Shown here: one piece after another, positions 15,785 through 26,036 of the stretch | Position numbering within the stretch: the stretch's first letter is position 1 | Layout: each line of letters begins with the position of its first letter | Assembly: GCA_965204755.1 (NCBI GenBank) | Contig: OZ242011.1 | Coordinates: 960,001-1,024,000, forward strand | Direction: 5' to 3' | DNA from: Candidatus Marinacidobacterium sp. | GTDB lineage: Bacteria > Acidobacteriota > Vicinamibacteria > Marinacidobacterales > Marinacidobacteraceae | DNA: 64,000 nt | Notes under the pieces: model-generated | The model's database searches: none | What the model was told of the DNA's origin: nothing | Seen by the model: only the letters and a program-made list of their open reading frames with translations | Translations under genes and position numbers: made by a program

Positions 15785-18196
15785 CTAGCCGGGCGGCCCG
15801 GTCGCGCCGGGTCGCCGGCGGCGGGCGAGGAACCGGTCGATCTGTTCTTCCGAGAGACCGCGCTCGCGCAGCCGCTGCCGCACCCGTTCGAGTTCCTCTT
15901 CCGACCCCTGCCGCGGTTCTTCGGGCGGGGGAGGCGCGGCGGCGTCCGGCGGCGGGGGAGGCGCGGCGGCGGGAGTCTCCGCTTCGGCCGTTTCCCCGGT
16001 CCGGGAAGCGGAGGGCGCGGGCGGGGGGGAAGACGATGGGGAAGACGATGGGGAAGACAGCGGGGAAGACGACCGGGAAGACCGTGGGGAAGACGGTGGG
16101 GAAGGCGCCGCCGATGCCGCGGGCGGGGGGGCGCGCTCCGCCGGACCCGGGGCGGGGGACGCGGCCCGGCGGCGCTCGATGTAGGCGTTCATCCGGGCTT
16201 CGATCTGCGCCTCGGTCAACCCGGAGCGCCGCATGCGCTCGCGGGCGCGCTCGAGGCGCTCCGGCGCCAGGGGGTCGGCGGCGGGCGGCGCGGGGGCGGA
16301 CGGCGACGGACGAGGAGCGGCCTCCGGCGGCGACGGGGCCGGCGCCTCGGCGGGCGAAGGCGGAGCGGGGCGCCCTGCGCTCGCCGCGGACGGCCGGACG
16401 GCGGGTTCAGGCGGCGGCGGCGCGCCAGCCGGCGGCGTCGCAGCAACCGGCGGCGTCCCGGCAGCCGGCGGCGTCGCAGCAGCCGGCGGCGTCCCGGCAG
16501 CCGGCGGCGTCGCAGCAGCCGGCGGCGTCGCAGCAGCCGGCGGCGTCGCAGCAGCCGGCGGGGGCGCGGCAGCCGGCGGCGTCGCGGCAGCCGGCGGGGG
16601 CGGCGGGGCGGACGGGGGGCTCGCCGGGCGGGCGGCGCGAGTCGCCGCCCCCTCTCCCGGAGGGTCGGGCCGGGGGGCGGAGGCCTCGCGCGACGGGGCA
16701 GCCGGCGCCGGAGTAGTGGACGACTCGGGAGCGCGTCCCGGCGCCCCCGGGCGCGCCGCGCGCCGCGCTCCCGCCGGAGGGGCGCCCGGCGGCGGGCCGG
16801 ACGCGCCCCCCGACCGGCGGGGTCGCCGCTCCCCGGCGGCGGCGGCAGCGGCGGGCCGCGTTTCGTCGGTCTCCCCGGTCGAGGCGCCGGGGCCGGCGTC
16901 GGCCCGGGCGCGGGCCCGGCCGGCCCGTTCCGTCGGCTCGCCGCCGGAGGGCGCCGCTCCCGGCGGGCCGGGACGGGCGCCGGGACGGGCGCCGGGGCCG
17001 GCGGCGCGGCGCGGCGGAGACGCCTCCTCGGCGCCGGGGCCGGCGAAGATCTGCACCGGCGTGGCGTCGGTGAGCCCGTCCTGCCCGACCACGATCACGC
17101 GGTCACCGGCGGCGAGCCCTTCGAGCACCTCCACCGAGTCGTCTTCCTCGTAACCGAGCGTGACGCTCCGGCGAACCGCGGCGCCGTCCTCGACCACGAA
17201 CACCGCGTCCGCGAGGCTGTCCAGCGAGAGCGCCCGCTTGGGCATGATGAGCGCGTTCTCCCGGATGTCGGTGACCAGGCGCACGGTGGCGAACATGCCC
17301 GGGCTCAGCCGGCCCTGGCGGTCCACCTCGAGGGTGACCCGGATCGTGCCGGTGGCGGCGTCCACCACCGGACTGACGCGCAGCACCCGCCCGGGGAACC
17401 GCTCGCCGGGAAACGCCTCGACTTCGATGAACGCCGGCTGGCCGACCGAGAGCCGGGTCAGGTCCCGTTCCGGCGCGGCGATCGTGCAAAGGAGCGGGTC
17501 GAAGTCGGAGATGCGGAACAGGCGCTGCCCGCTCGACACCGTTTCCCCGAACTTCACCGCCCGTTCGATGATGAGACCGGAGAAGGGCGCGGTGATCCGG
17601 GTGAAGTCGTGGACGATGCGGGCGCCGTCGAGTTGCGCGCGGGCGGAGTCGAGCGCCGAGCGCGCGCTGTCGTACACCTCCTGGCTCACCACCCGGTTCT
17701 CGAGGGAAACCCGCGCCCGTTCGTAGGCCACTTCCGCCTGCTGGACCGCCACCCGCGAAATCTCCACCTGCGCCCGGGTCTCGGTCTCGTCTATCCGGGC
17801 GAGGAGCGCGCCCGCTTCGACGAAGTCCCCTTCCTCCACCGCGATCTCGGTGAGCGGCCCGCCGGTGCGCGCGACGACATCCACCTCGCGCTCCGCTTCG
17901 AGCGCCCCGTTGGTCTCGATGAACGCGGAGATGTCGCCGGCGGCGATCTCGGCGACCTCCACCGGCACCGCGGAAGCCCGGCCGCCTCCCGGGCCGCCCA
18001 TGCCCGCGCCGCCCATTCCGCCGGGCGGCCCTCCGCCCCGGCCCCGGCCGCCGCCGGGGCCGCCGCCGGCCGGCGCCTCCTCTCCGCCGCCTCCGCACGC
18101 CGCGCCGGAGAGCGCGGCCGCCACGAGGATCGAAAACACGCGCCGGAGAGCGCGCGGGCGGCCGGCGGGGCCGGCGGAGGATGGGGAAGTCGTCAT
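15785..18196 (-). CDS. RND periplasmic adaptor (MFP) lipoprotein with a long Pro/Ala C-terminal extension
   Basis: Lipobox-like LSGAAC; VEEGDFVEAGALLARID, ITAPFSG, VSPVVD, LSPGMFA. Confidence 0.9.
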   Translation of the reverse strand: MTTSPSSAGPAGRPRALRRVFSILVAAALSGAACGGGGEEAPAGGGPGGGRGRGGGPPGGMGGAGMGGPGGGRASAVPVEVAEIAAGDISAFIETNGALEAEREVDVVARTGGPLTEIAVEEGDFVEAGALLARIDETETRAQVEISRVAVQQAEVAYERARVSLENRVVSQEVYDSARSALDSARAQLDGARIVHDFTRITAPFSGLIIERAVKFGETVSSGQRLFRISDFDPLLCTIAAPERDLTRLSVGQPAFIEVEAFPGERFPGRVLRVSPVVDAATGTIRVTLEVDRQGRLSPGMFATVRLVTDIRENALIMPKRALSLDSLADAVFVVEDGAAVRRSVTLGYEEDDSVEVLEGLAAGDRVIVVGQDGLTDATPVQIFAGPGAEEASPPRRAAGPGARPGARPGPPGAAPSGGEPTERAGRARARADAGPGASTGETDETRPAAAAAAGERRPRRSGGASGPPPGAPPAGARRAARPGAPGRAPESSTTPAPAAPSREASAPRPDPPGEGAATRAARPASPPSAPPPPPAAATPPAAAPPPAAATPPAAATPPAAATPPAAGTPPAAATPPAAGTPPVAATPPAGAPPPPEPAVRPSAASAGRPAPPSPAEAPAPSPPEAAPRPSPSAPAPPAADPLAPERLERARERMRRSGLTEAQIEARMNAYIERRRAASPAPGPAERAPPPAASAAPSPPSSPRSSRSSSPLSSPSSSPSSSPPPAPSASRTGETAEAETPAAAPPPPPDAAAPPPPEEPRQGSEEELERVRQRLRERGLSEEQIDRFLARRRRPGATGPPG
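16410..16600. repeat. 18-bp coding tandem repeat (AAATPP units, about 9-10 copies)
   Basis: GCAGCCGGCGGCGTCGCA-type units inside the MFP gene; boundaries approximate. Confidence 0.85.
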
Positions 18197-18230
18197 GGAA
18201 AAAGCGGGGCCGACGAGGCTGGCCGGCGCG

Positions 18231-21200
18231 TCAGGCCGACAGCGCGGCGGTTTCGGCGGCCGTGGCCGGGGAGAGGGCCGGCGCGGCGGCGCCGGCAGCG
18301 GCGGCGGAAGACGGGGCGGCGGCCCGCGGGGCGGTGGTGAACGGCCAGAGCAGCGAGCGCAGGTCGTCCGCGACGGCGTAGATCGTGGGCACGAGCAGCA
18401 GGGTCAGGACCGTCGAAGTGGGAAGGCCCCCGGCGAGCACCAGCCCGATGGGCGCCCAGTTCGCGGCGCGGCCGTCCACCGAGCCGAACAGGCCCGGGAG
18501 GAAGTACGGCGCGGCGAGCGGCATGAGGCCGAAGAAAGTGGTGAGCGCGGTCATCATCACCGGGCGCAGCCGGTGTTCGCTTCCGACCACCAGCGCTTCG
18601 TCGCGCGGCATCCCGGCGCGGCGGTGCGCGTTCACATGGGCGATGAGGACGATGGCGTTGTTCACCACGATCCCGGCGAGCAGCACCAAACCCAGCATCG
18701 CGGTGTTCCCGAGCGTCTGGCCGGTGAGTTTCAGCGTAACCGCGACGCCGATGAAGGAGAACGGGATCGCGGTCATGATGACCGCGGGGTGGAGGAAACT
18801 CTCGAACAGCGCCACCATGATCAGGTAGATGAGCAGCAGCGCGAACGCGAAGGCGAAACCGGCGGAGGCGAAGTCGGTCGTCCCCATGCGGGTCCAGCGG
18901 TCGAAACTCCATTCGTAACCGGGCGGCAGCGGGATGTCGGCGAGGTGTTCGCGCACTTGCCCCATCAGGCGGAACGACGCTCCGGGAACCGTGGTGTTCG
19001 CGGTGATGGAGAGTTTCGGCCGGCGGTCTTCGCGTTCGATGCTGCGCGGCCCGCGCGCGGCCTCGAAGTCCGCCATCGCGCCGATGGGTTGCCGGCCCTC
19101 CGCGGTGAACACCGGCATCCGGCGCAGTTGGTCGAGGTCCTCCCGTTCTTCTTCGGGGTACTGCACCACGATGTCCACTTCACGCCGGTCGCTCTCGATG
19201 TAACCGACCGGCCGGGAAGTCAGCGCGCTGCGCACGCTCTGCGCCACCGCGGCGGTGCCGATCCCGGTGGCCAGCGCCCGTTCGCGCCGGACCGAGACGC
19301 GCAGTTCCTCGACGCCGCTCTCGAGCGAGGTGTCCACATCGCGCACCTGGGGAAGCGCTTCCAGCCGCTCCACCACGCGGTCGGCCACGAGTTCGAGCAC
19401 ATCCATGTCTTCGCCCTTGAGATCCAGCCGGATGCCGCTGCCGCCGCTCCCGGGGCCGCGGCCGCGGCTCTGCGCGATGCGGAAATCCACGCCCGCGACC
19501 GTCGGCAGCATCTCGCGGATGTCGGCGGTGATCTCCGGAACGCTCCGCTCCGACTCGTCCTCGTCGAGCAGGTAGATCTCGAAACGCCGGCCGCCGCCGC
19601 CGAACCCGCCCCGGGACCGGCCGCCGCCCTGGCGGAACTCGTACACCACATCGGCGATCTCGAGTTCCTCCCGCCGCTCGTCGAGGAGCGCGGCGACCCG
19701 CTCCATCACCTCGCGGGTCTCGTCGAGTGAAAACGCCCGGGGCACATCCACATTGATGGTGACTTCCCGCTCCACCGAGTCCTGGGAAGCGGAGCGTTCG
19801 ATCCCCTGGTAGAGCGACCAGGAGAGGAACAGGAGGGCTACGGCGGCCGCGAGCGAGAGCCCGCGATGGCGAAGCGTGAAGCGGATCGCGCGGCCGTAGA
19901 GTTTGGAGAGGGATTTCATCGCGCGCGAGTAGGCGCGCTTCTCGCGACCGAGCACCACGCCGGCCATCATCGGCACCACGGTGAGCGCGACGAGCAGCGA
20001 GGCCACGATCACGACGCTCAGGGTGAACCCGAAATCACTGAAGATGCGGAAGAAGCCGCCCATGGTGGCGCCGAGGAAGACCAGCGGCACGAAGACGCAC
20101 ATCGTGGTTGCGGCGCCGGCGATGATGGGCATGGTGACCGCGGAGGCGCCGCGCACGGCCGCGGTCTTCGAGTCCTCGCCGAGGTCGGTGAATCTCCGGG
20201 AGATGGAATCGATGACCACGATCGCCGGATCGGCGAGCATCCCCACGGCGACCATGAGACCGAACAGGCTGATGACATTCAGCGTCGTGTCCACGAAGCC
20301 CGCCTGCCGCGCAACGAACAGGATGACGAAGGTGGTGATGATCGAGAGGGGTATCGCCACCGCCACCAGCAGCGTGGTGCGGACCTTCTGCAGGAACAGG
20401 AGGAGGATGAGGATGGCCAGCCCGCCGCCGAAGAGGCCGGCGATGGTGAGTTGGCGGAGCCCGCCGCGCACATCGAGCGAGGAGTCGCGGATGTACCGGA
20501 CCGAAATGCCTTCGGCGTTCGGGAACGCCGCGATGCGCTCCATTTCGGCCTTGACCGCGTCGCACACTTCGAGCACATTCGCGGTGGAGGCCTTGTAGAT
20601 GCGGAAGGTGATCGCTTCCTCCCCGTTCAGGTAGTCGAACGAGGTCTGCTTGGGGAAGGCGTAGCGGACCTCGGCCACATCGCCGACGCGGAGGCCGCCC
20701 GGCCCGATCGGCGTGCCGCGGATCTCCTCGGGGCGGTCGAACTCCCCCACCGTCCGCACCAGCAGCGCGCGGGAGCCGTCGTGGATCTCCCCTCCGGCGA
20801 CATTCACATTGTTCTCGTTGAGCACCGAAGCGACCTCGCGCACATCCACCCCGAGCGCCGCCATCCGCTGCGGATCCATCGTCACCTGCAACTCGCGCCG
20901 CCGCACGCCCCGGAGGTCGGCGCTCGCCACGCCTTCGAGGCGCTCGAGGCGGGGCTGGACGAAGTCCTCGGCGAAGTCGTAGAGCCGATCCCGTTCCCAC
21001 GGCGCGGCGAAATGGAACTGGAGGATCGGGATGTCGGTGCTCCGGAACCGGCGGATGCGGATCCGCTCCACGCCGGCCGGGAGCAGGTGGCGCACCCGGT
21101 CCACCCGGTCCCTGGCCTCGACCACCATGAGGTCCATGTCCGCGCCTTCGTCGAACTCCACGCTGACATTGCCGCTGTTCGCGCTCGCGGTGGCGGTGAG

Positions 21201-21515
21201 CACGGTGACGCCGGGGATCGTGCCCAGACTCTCTTCGAGCGGGCGCACCACCAGCCGCTCCGTCTCCTCCGGGGACGAGGACTCGTATTCGGCGCTCACC
21301 CAGAGGCTGTTCGAGCCGAACGACGGCAGGAACTCCAGCGGCAGCCGCGTCAGCGACACATAGCCGAGGACGACCAGCCCCACCGCCACCATCGCGACCG
21401 TCACCCGGCGGGCTACCGCGAAGCGGGCGAGCGCCCCGCCCTCGGGCGGCGGGGACCCGGCCCCCCGGTCCTCGGGAGGGCAGTCCGGGGTCTCGAGTTT
21501 CTCCGGTGGGGTCAT
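18231..21515 (-). CDS. RND efflux permease (second, divergent subunit)
   Basis: 1094 aa; VGMLADPAIVVID, GIVVNNAIVL, RLRPVMMT. Confidence 0.93.
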   Translation of the reverse strand: MTPPEKLETPDCPPEDRGAGSPPPEGGALARFAVARRVTVAMVAVGLVVLGYVSLTRLPLEFLPSFGSNSLWVSAEYESSSPEETERLVVRPLEESLGTIPGVTVLTATASANSGNVSVEFDEGADMDLMVVEARDRVDRVRHLLPAGVERIRIRRFRSTDIPILQFHFAAPWERDRLYDFAEDFVQPRLERLEGVASADLRGVRRRELQVTMDPQRMAALGVDVREVASVLNENNVNVAGGEIHDGSRALLVRTVGEFDRPEEIRGTPIGPGGLRVGDVAEVRYAFPKQTSFDYLNGEEAITFRIYKASTANVLEVCDAVKAEMERIAAFPNAEGISVRYIRDSSLDVRGGLRQLTIAGLFGGGLAILILLLFLQKVRTTLLVAVAIPLSIITTFVILFVARQAGFVDTTLNVISLFGLMVAVGMLADPAIVVIDSISRRFTDLGEDSKTAAVRGASAVTMPIIAGAATTMCVFVPLVFLGATMGGFFRIFSDFGFTLSVVIVASLLVALTVVPMMAGVVLGREKRAYSRAMKSLSKLYGRAIRFTLRHRGLSLAAAVALLFLSWSLYQGIERSASQDSVEREVTINVDVPRAFSLDETREVMERVAALLDERREELEIADVVYEFRQGGGRSRGGFGGGGRRFEIYLLDEDESERSVPEITADIREMLPTVAGVDFRIAQSRGRGPGSGGSGIRLDLKGEDMDVLELVADRVVERLEALPQVRDVDTSLESGVEELRVSVRRERALATGIGTAAVAQSVRSALTSRPVGYIESDRREVDIVVQYPEEEREDLDQLRRMPVFTAEGRQPIGAMADFEAARGPRSIEREDRRPKLSITANTTVPGASFRLMGQVREHLADIPLPPGYEWSFDRWTRMGTTDFASAGFAFAFALLLIYLIMVALFESFLHPAVIMTAIPFSFIGVAVTLKLTGQTLGNTAMLGLVLLAGIVVNNAIVLIAHVNAHRRAGMPRDEALVVGSEHRLRPVMMTALTTFFGLMPLAAPYFLPGLFGSVDGRAANWAPIGLVLAGGLPTSTVLTLLLVPTIYAVADDLRSLLWPFTTAPRAAAPSSAAAAGAAAPALSPATAAETAALSA

Positions 21516-21685
21516 CTTCGGATTCCTCGGTAGAGAGCCGTCGGCCCGGCGCGGCCGAACCGGTGAGCCTACCGCGCCGGCGGGCGCGCCCCGGCGACGG
21601 CTGAGGCCGGGCGGGCGCGCGCCGTCCTTCCCCGAACGCCGGGCCGGGCCGAAAGTTCCCCGCGGCTCCCGGATAATCCGCCGAC

Positions 21686-22897
21686 ATGGAATCGAAAACG
21701 GAATCGAGAACGGAATCGGGAACGGAACCGGGAACGAAGACGGGACCCCCGCCCCGCCCGAAGGCCGGGGCGGCGCAACGGATCGAGACCCGGAGCGTCC
21801 ACGCCGGGCGGGCGGACAACCGCGCCGGCGCGGTGGCCCCGCCGATCCACCTCTCCACGACCTTCGAGCGGCGTCCGGAGGGGGACCTGGTCTCGGAGTT
21901 CCTCTACAGCCGGAGCGGGAATCCCGACCGGACGGCGCTCGAAGAGACGATCCGCGACCTCGAGGGAGGGGCGGACTGCGTGGCGTTCTCCTCGGGGCTC
22001 GCGGCGCTCCACTCCCTGTTCCTCGCGCTCGAACCCGGCGACCTGGCGCTCGCGCCGGGCGACGCTTACCACGGAACGCAGCACCTGCTGCGGGGTCCGC
22101 TCGCCCGGTGGGGTCTCCGGACGAGGTTCACCGACTTCCTCGATCCGGAGGACTTCGACGCCGGACTCGCGATGCGCCCGGCGCTCGTCCTGGTGGAGAC
22201 GCCGTCGAACCCCGCGCTGCGGGTCACCGACATCGCCGCGGCCGCGAAGGCCGCCCACGAGGCCGGCGCGCTCCTGGCCGTGGACAACACTTGGCTGACC
22301 CCGGTGCTGCAGCGCCCGCTCGAACTCGGCGCGGACCTGGTGGCGCACGCTTCGACCAAGTACTTCGGCGGCCACAGCGACGCGACCGGCGGGGCCGTGG
22401 TGGTTCGGGAGGGGCTCGCCCTCGCCGGGCGGCTGCGCTCCATCCAGACGGACACCGGGCCGGTGCCCTCGCCGTTCGACGCCTGGCTGCTGCGGCGGGG
22501 GATCCGGACGCTGCCGCTGCGCATCCGCGCCCAGTCGGCGAACGCCGGCGCGGTGGCCGCGTTTCTCGACTCCCACCCGGCGGTGGCGCAGGTGTTCTAT
22601 CCGGGGCTGGCTACGGACCCCGGGCACGAAGCGCAGACGCGGCAGGCCGACGGCTACGGGGCCATGCTCTCGTTCCGGACGGCGGGCGGCGAGGCCGCGG
22701 CCAAGAGAGTGCTGGCGCGGGTGTCCCTCGCCACGCGGGCCACCAGTCTGGGCGGGGTGGAGACCTTGATCGAGCACCGCGCCGCCGTGGAAGGCCCCGA
22801 GACGCGCACGCCGCGCGACCTGCTCCGGATGTCGGTCGGGCTGGAACACCCGGACGACCTGATCGCCGACCTCGACCGGGCGCTCGATTCCGGCTGA
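21686..22897 (+). CDS. Cystathionine gamma-synthase/lyase family PLP enzyme
   Basis: YSRSGNP, FSSG, ETPSNP, VDNT, STKYFGGHSD, SLGGVETL. Confidence 0.92.
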   Translation: MESKTESRTESGTEPGTKTGPPPRPKAGAAQRIETRSVHAGRADNRAGAVAPPIHLSTTFERRPEGDLVSEFLYSRSGNPDRTALEETIRDLEGGADCVAFSSGLAALHSLFLALEPGDLALAPGDAYHGTQHLLRGPLARWGLRTRFTDFLDPEDFDAGLAMRPALVLVETPSNPALRVTDIAAAAKAAHEAGALLAVDNTWLTPVLQRPLELGADLVAHASTKYFGGHSDATGGAVVVREGLALAGRLRSIQTDTGPVPSPFDAWLLRRGIRTLPLRIRAQSANAGAVAAFLDSHPAVAQVFYPGLATDPGHEAQTRQADGYGAMLSFRTAGGEAAAKRVLARVSLATRATSLGGVETLIEHRAAVEGPETRTPRDLLRMSVGLEHPDDLIADLDRALDSG

Positions 22898-23156
22898 GCC
22901 GCTCCGGGCCGGGCCGACGCGGCGGCAGCGAGGGCGGGCGGCAGGCGCGCCGGCCTTCCCGGGCCGCGACCGGAAACGGCCGAAAAGGACCGGCCTCGGG
23001 ACGACTTATCCGCATTCGGGCGTTTCGGGGCCGTTTCGTGGGCAGAAATTCTTGGCGAACCGTTCAGTGAAAGGCGTGAAGCGGGAATCCCGGGAAGTCT
23101 CCCGACGAGTTTCCCGGCCCCGCCCTCCAGCCCTTCCCCATCCGGAGCAGACCACG

Positions 23157-24311
23157 ATGACGGTTCCCGATTCCCTCGCCCGGCGGCTCTCCGCCGCCCG
23201 CGCCGCGGCGCAGGTTGCGGAGGTTCCGGCCCCGCACTATGCTGGGCCGAGAGTCGCCGAGATGACCCCCGCCGAGGACGAACCGCGGCGCGAGGAGGCG
23301 CCCGAAGCGGCGGCCGTCACGCTCGGCCCGCCGACCCGCGGCGAGTTCCAACTCCTCCGCTCGGAGGTCTCGGACCTGCGCCGGGGCAACGAGCAGCGGT
23401 TCGACGACCTGCGTGAGTGGATCGAGGGGCGGTTCGACCGCTTCGACGACCGCTACGAGCGCCAGTGGACGGCGTTCCTCGAGCGGCTCGACCTCGCGCG
23501 GAAGGAAGCCGCGGACCGCAGCGAGGCGCAGTGGGCGGAAGTCCTCAAGCAACTCGAGGCGATCCGGACCGGCGTCGCGGCGGAGTTCGCCGCCCACCGG
23601 CGCGAGACGGCGCAGCAGTTCGACGCCCGGCGCGGCGAAGCGGCGCAGGAGTCCGGCGCCCTCCGAACGGAGATGGCGCGGCAGTTCGCCACCCAACGAG
23701 AGTGGACGACGCAGCAGTTCGCCGCCGAACGAGAGTGGACGATGCAGCAGTTCACCGCCGAACGAGAGTGGACGAAGCAGCAGTTCGCCGCCGAACGAGA
23801 GTGGACGAAGCAGCAGTTCGCCGCCGAACGAGAGTGGACGAAGCAGCAGTTCGCCGCTCAACGGGAGTGGACGAAGCAACAACTGGATGCGCTCCGCCAG
23901 GAGTTCACGGAAAAGTTGGACGCCCAGCGGGAGTGGACGGCGCAGCAACTCGATGCGCTCCGCCAGGAGTTCACCGAACGACTCGACGCGCTCCGCCGGG
24001 AGTTCACCGAACAACTCGACGCCCACCGCGAGGAGACGGCGGCGCAACTGACCGCTCTCCGCGACGACCTCCTCAAGGGAGTCGATCGGAAGGCCGAAGT
24101 CCTCCGCACCGAATTCAACGGGAAGTTCGACGATCTCCGCCGAGAGATCGACGAACTCCGCGGGGAAGTCAACGCGCTGCGGAAGGAAGTCGCGGAGTTG
24201 CGGACCATGCTCGAGCGCTTGGAGCGCCGCTACTTCCGGATGGTGTGGGCGCTCATCGCCGTCCTCGCCGGCGGGATGGTCTCCATCGTGACCGCGGTTT
24301 TGCTGAGGTAA
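23157..24311 (+). CDS. Membrane-anchored coiled-coil protein with 11-residue repeats (CCDC90/DUF1640-like layout)
   Basis: GGAG RBS; PTRGEF neck-like motif; QQFAAEREWTK repeats; single C-terminal TM. Confidence 0.8.
   Translation: MTVPDSLARRLSAARAAAQVAEVPAPHYAGPRVAEMTPAEDEPRREEAPEAAAVTLGPPTRGEFQLLRSEVSDLRRGNEQRFDDLREWIEGRFDRFDDRYERQWTAFLERLDLARKEAADRSEAQWAEVLKQLEAIRTGVAAEFAAHRRETAQQFDARRGEAAQESGALRTEMARQFATQREWTTQQFAAEREWTMQQFTAEREWTKQQFAAEREWTKQQFAAEREWTKQQFAAQREWTKQQLDALRQEFTEKLDAQREWTAQQLDALRQEFTERLDALRREFTEQLDAHREETAAQLTALRDDLLKGVDRKAEVLRTEFNGKFDDLRREIDELRGEVNALRKEVAELRTMLERLERRYFRMVWALIAVLAGGMVSIVTAVLLR
23682..24044. repeat. 33-bp coding tandem repeat (about 11 units, 6 near-identical)
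   Basis: CAGTTCGCCGCCGAACGAGAGTGGACGAAGCAG units. Confidence 0.9.
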
Positions 24312-24369
24312 CGCCGGGGTCGAGACTCACCGGCGGTCGCGCGGGCCGGGCGAGCGGCGACCGCCGACC

Positions 24370-25449
24370 TCAGTCCCCCCGCGAGGTGATGCGGGCGGAG
24401 CCGAGACAGCGGAGGCCGGCGTAGAAGACGGCGAACTGGCCGGGCGCGACGCCGTCGTCGGGATGCTCCAGGACCAACTCCGCGCCCTCGGCGCCGGACG
24501 CTTCCGGCGTTCGGAGAGTCGCCGGGACCAGAACCGGGCCGTGCCGCACCTTGACGGTGAGCCGCTCGGGGATCGACGCGGGGGGAGCGCCGATCCAGTG
24601 GAAGTCGCCCACGCGGAATCGGGAAGCCGGGCGGGGAGAACCCCGGCGGACCAGGATGCGGTTCGCCTCCGCGTCCTTGCCGGACACATAGAACGGCCCG
24701 CCGGAGAGCCCCAGGCCCCGGCGCTGGCCGATGGTGAACAGCCAGTGGCCGCGGTGCGTCCCGACTTCCCGGCCGCTCTCCTCGTCCACGACCGGCCCCG
24801 GCCGCTCGCCGAGGTGGGCGCGGACGAAGTCGCGGTAACGGACATTTCCCAGGAAACAGATGCCCTGGCTGTCCGGGCGGCGGCCGGGCGCCAGCCGGAG
24901 GTCCGCGGCGAGGCGGCGGACTTCGGTCTTCTTCAGGCCCCCTACCGGGAAGAGCGACCGGCGGAGTTGGGCCTCGGTCAGCCGGGAGAGGAAGTAGGTC
25001 TGGTCCTTGACCGGGTCGGGGCTCCGGTGGAGTTCCGGCCCCTCCGCCCCTTCCGCGCGGACCGCGTAGTGGCCGGTGGCGACCCGGTCGCCGTCCCCCC
25101 CCGGCTCTTCGGCCAGGCGGTCGAAGAACGCGCCGAACTTGATGCGGGAGTTGCAGAGGAGGTCGGGACTCGGCGTGGCGCCGGACTCGAGTTCCCGCAG
25201 GAGGTAAGCGACCACCGTCTCCCGGTAGGCCCGCTGCAGCGGCGCGACCGTGAGCGGGACCCGCAGTTGGTCGCAGACGGAGCGCGCGAACCGGAGGTCC
25301 TCCTCCCACGGGCAGCCGCCCAGGTCGGCCAACTCGTCTTCCAGCCAAACCTTCAGGTAGAACGCCCGGACGCGGTGTCCTTCCTCCACCAGCCGGGCGA
25401 GCGCGACGGCGCTGTCCACGCCGCCGGAGAGGAGGACCGCTGCGCGCAT
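24370..25449 (-). CDS. mnmA: tRNA 2-thiouridylase
   Basis: SGGVDS, PDLLCN..IKF, ATGHY, KDQTYFL, DSQGICF, TIGQRRGLG, PGQFAVFY. Confidence 0.96.
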   Translation of the reverse strand: MRAAVLLSGGVDSAVALARLVEEGHRVRAFYLKVWLEDELADLGGCPWEEDLRFARSVCDQLRVPLTVAPLQRAYRETVVAYLLRELESGATPSPDLLCNSRIKFGAFFDRLAEEPGGDGDRVATGHYAVRAEGAEGPELHRSPDPVKDQTYFLSRLTEAQLRRSLFPVGGLKKTEVRRLAADLRLAPGRRPDSQGICFLGNVRYRDFVRAHLGERPGPVVDEESGREVGTHRGHWLFTIGQRRGLGLSGGPFYVSGKDAEANRILVRRGSPRPASRFRVGDFHWIGAPPASIPERLTVKVRHGPVLVPATLRTPEASGAEGAELVLEHPDDGVAPGQFAVFYAGLRCLGSARITSRGD

Positions 25450-25574
25450 GGGGAGCCGGCCGGAATCATGCCCCGACCGGTCCGGGCGAGCGGCGGTAGG
25501 ATTCGCCCCGCGCGCCGGCGCCGGGAGCGGCGCTGCGGCGAGCCCGGCGGGAGCGAGAGCGAGAGCGAGATCCG

Positions 25575-26036
25575 ATGACCCTTTCTTCGACGGCGCCGGC
25601 CGGCCGGCTGGTCGCCATCTGGGAGAAGCAGGCTCGCGGGGAGCCGATGCGCCGGCGGTCGGAGGGGGAGTTGGTCGCCGGGACCGGTCTCGCCGGCTCC
25701 GCGCCCACGACCGCCAAGCGGCAGGTCACGGTGCTGTCGCAGGAGGCCTGGCGCCGGGCCGCCGCCGAAGCGGGTCAGCCGGACGCGGATCCGGCGCTCC
25801 GCCGGGCGAACCTGCTGGTCACCGGCGTGGACCTGAAAGAGAGCGCCGGGCGCACGCTCCGGGTCGGCGCGGCGCAGGTCCGCATCCACGGCGAAACGAA
25901 GCCCTGCGAACGGATGGACACCACGGCGGCCAGCCTGCGCGACGCGCTCGCGCCGGACTGGCGCGCCGGGGCGTACGGCGAGGTGGTCGAGGGCGGGCCG
26001 ATCCGCCCCGGCGACCCCGTCGGCTGGGCGCCGTGA
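25575..26036 (+). CDS. MOSC-domain protein
   Basis: RQVTVLSQE, RRANLLVTG, ETKPCERM, GPIRPGD. Confidence 0.88.
   Translation: MTLSSTAPAGRLVAIWEKQARGEPMRRRSEGELVAGTGLAGSAPTTAKRQVTVLSQEAWRRAAAEAGQPDADPALRRANLLVTGVDLKESAGRTLRVGAAQVRIHGETKPCERMDTTAASLRDALAPDWRAGAYGEVVEGGPIRPGDPVGWAP

Noticed and set aside
23682-24044. 33-bp repeats as CRISPR
   Set aside because: Contiguous in-frame coding repeats with no spacers; the same applies to the 21-bp repeats at 61761-61970
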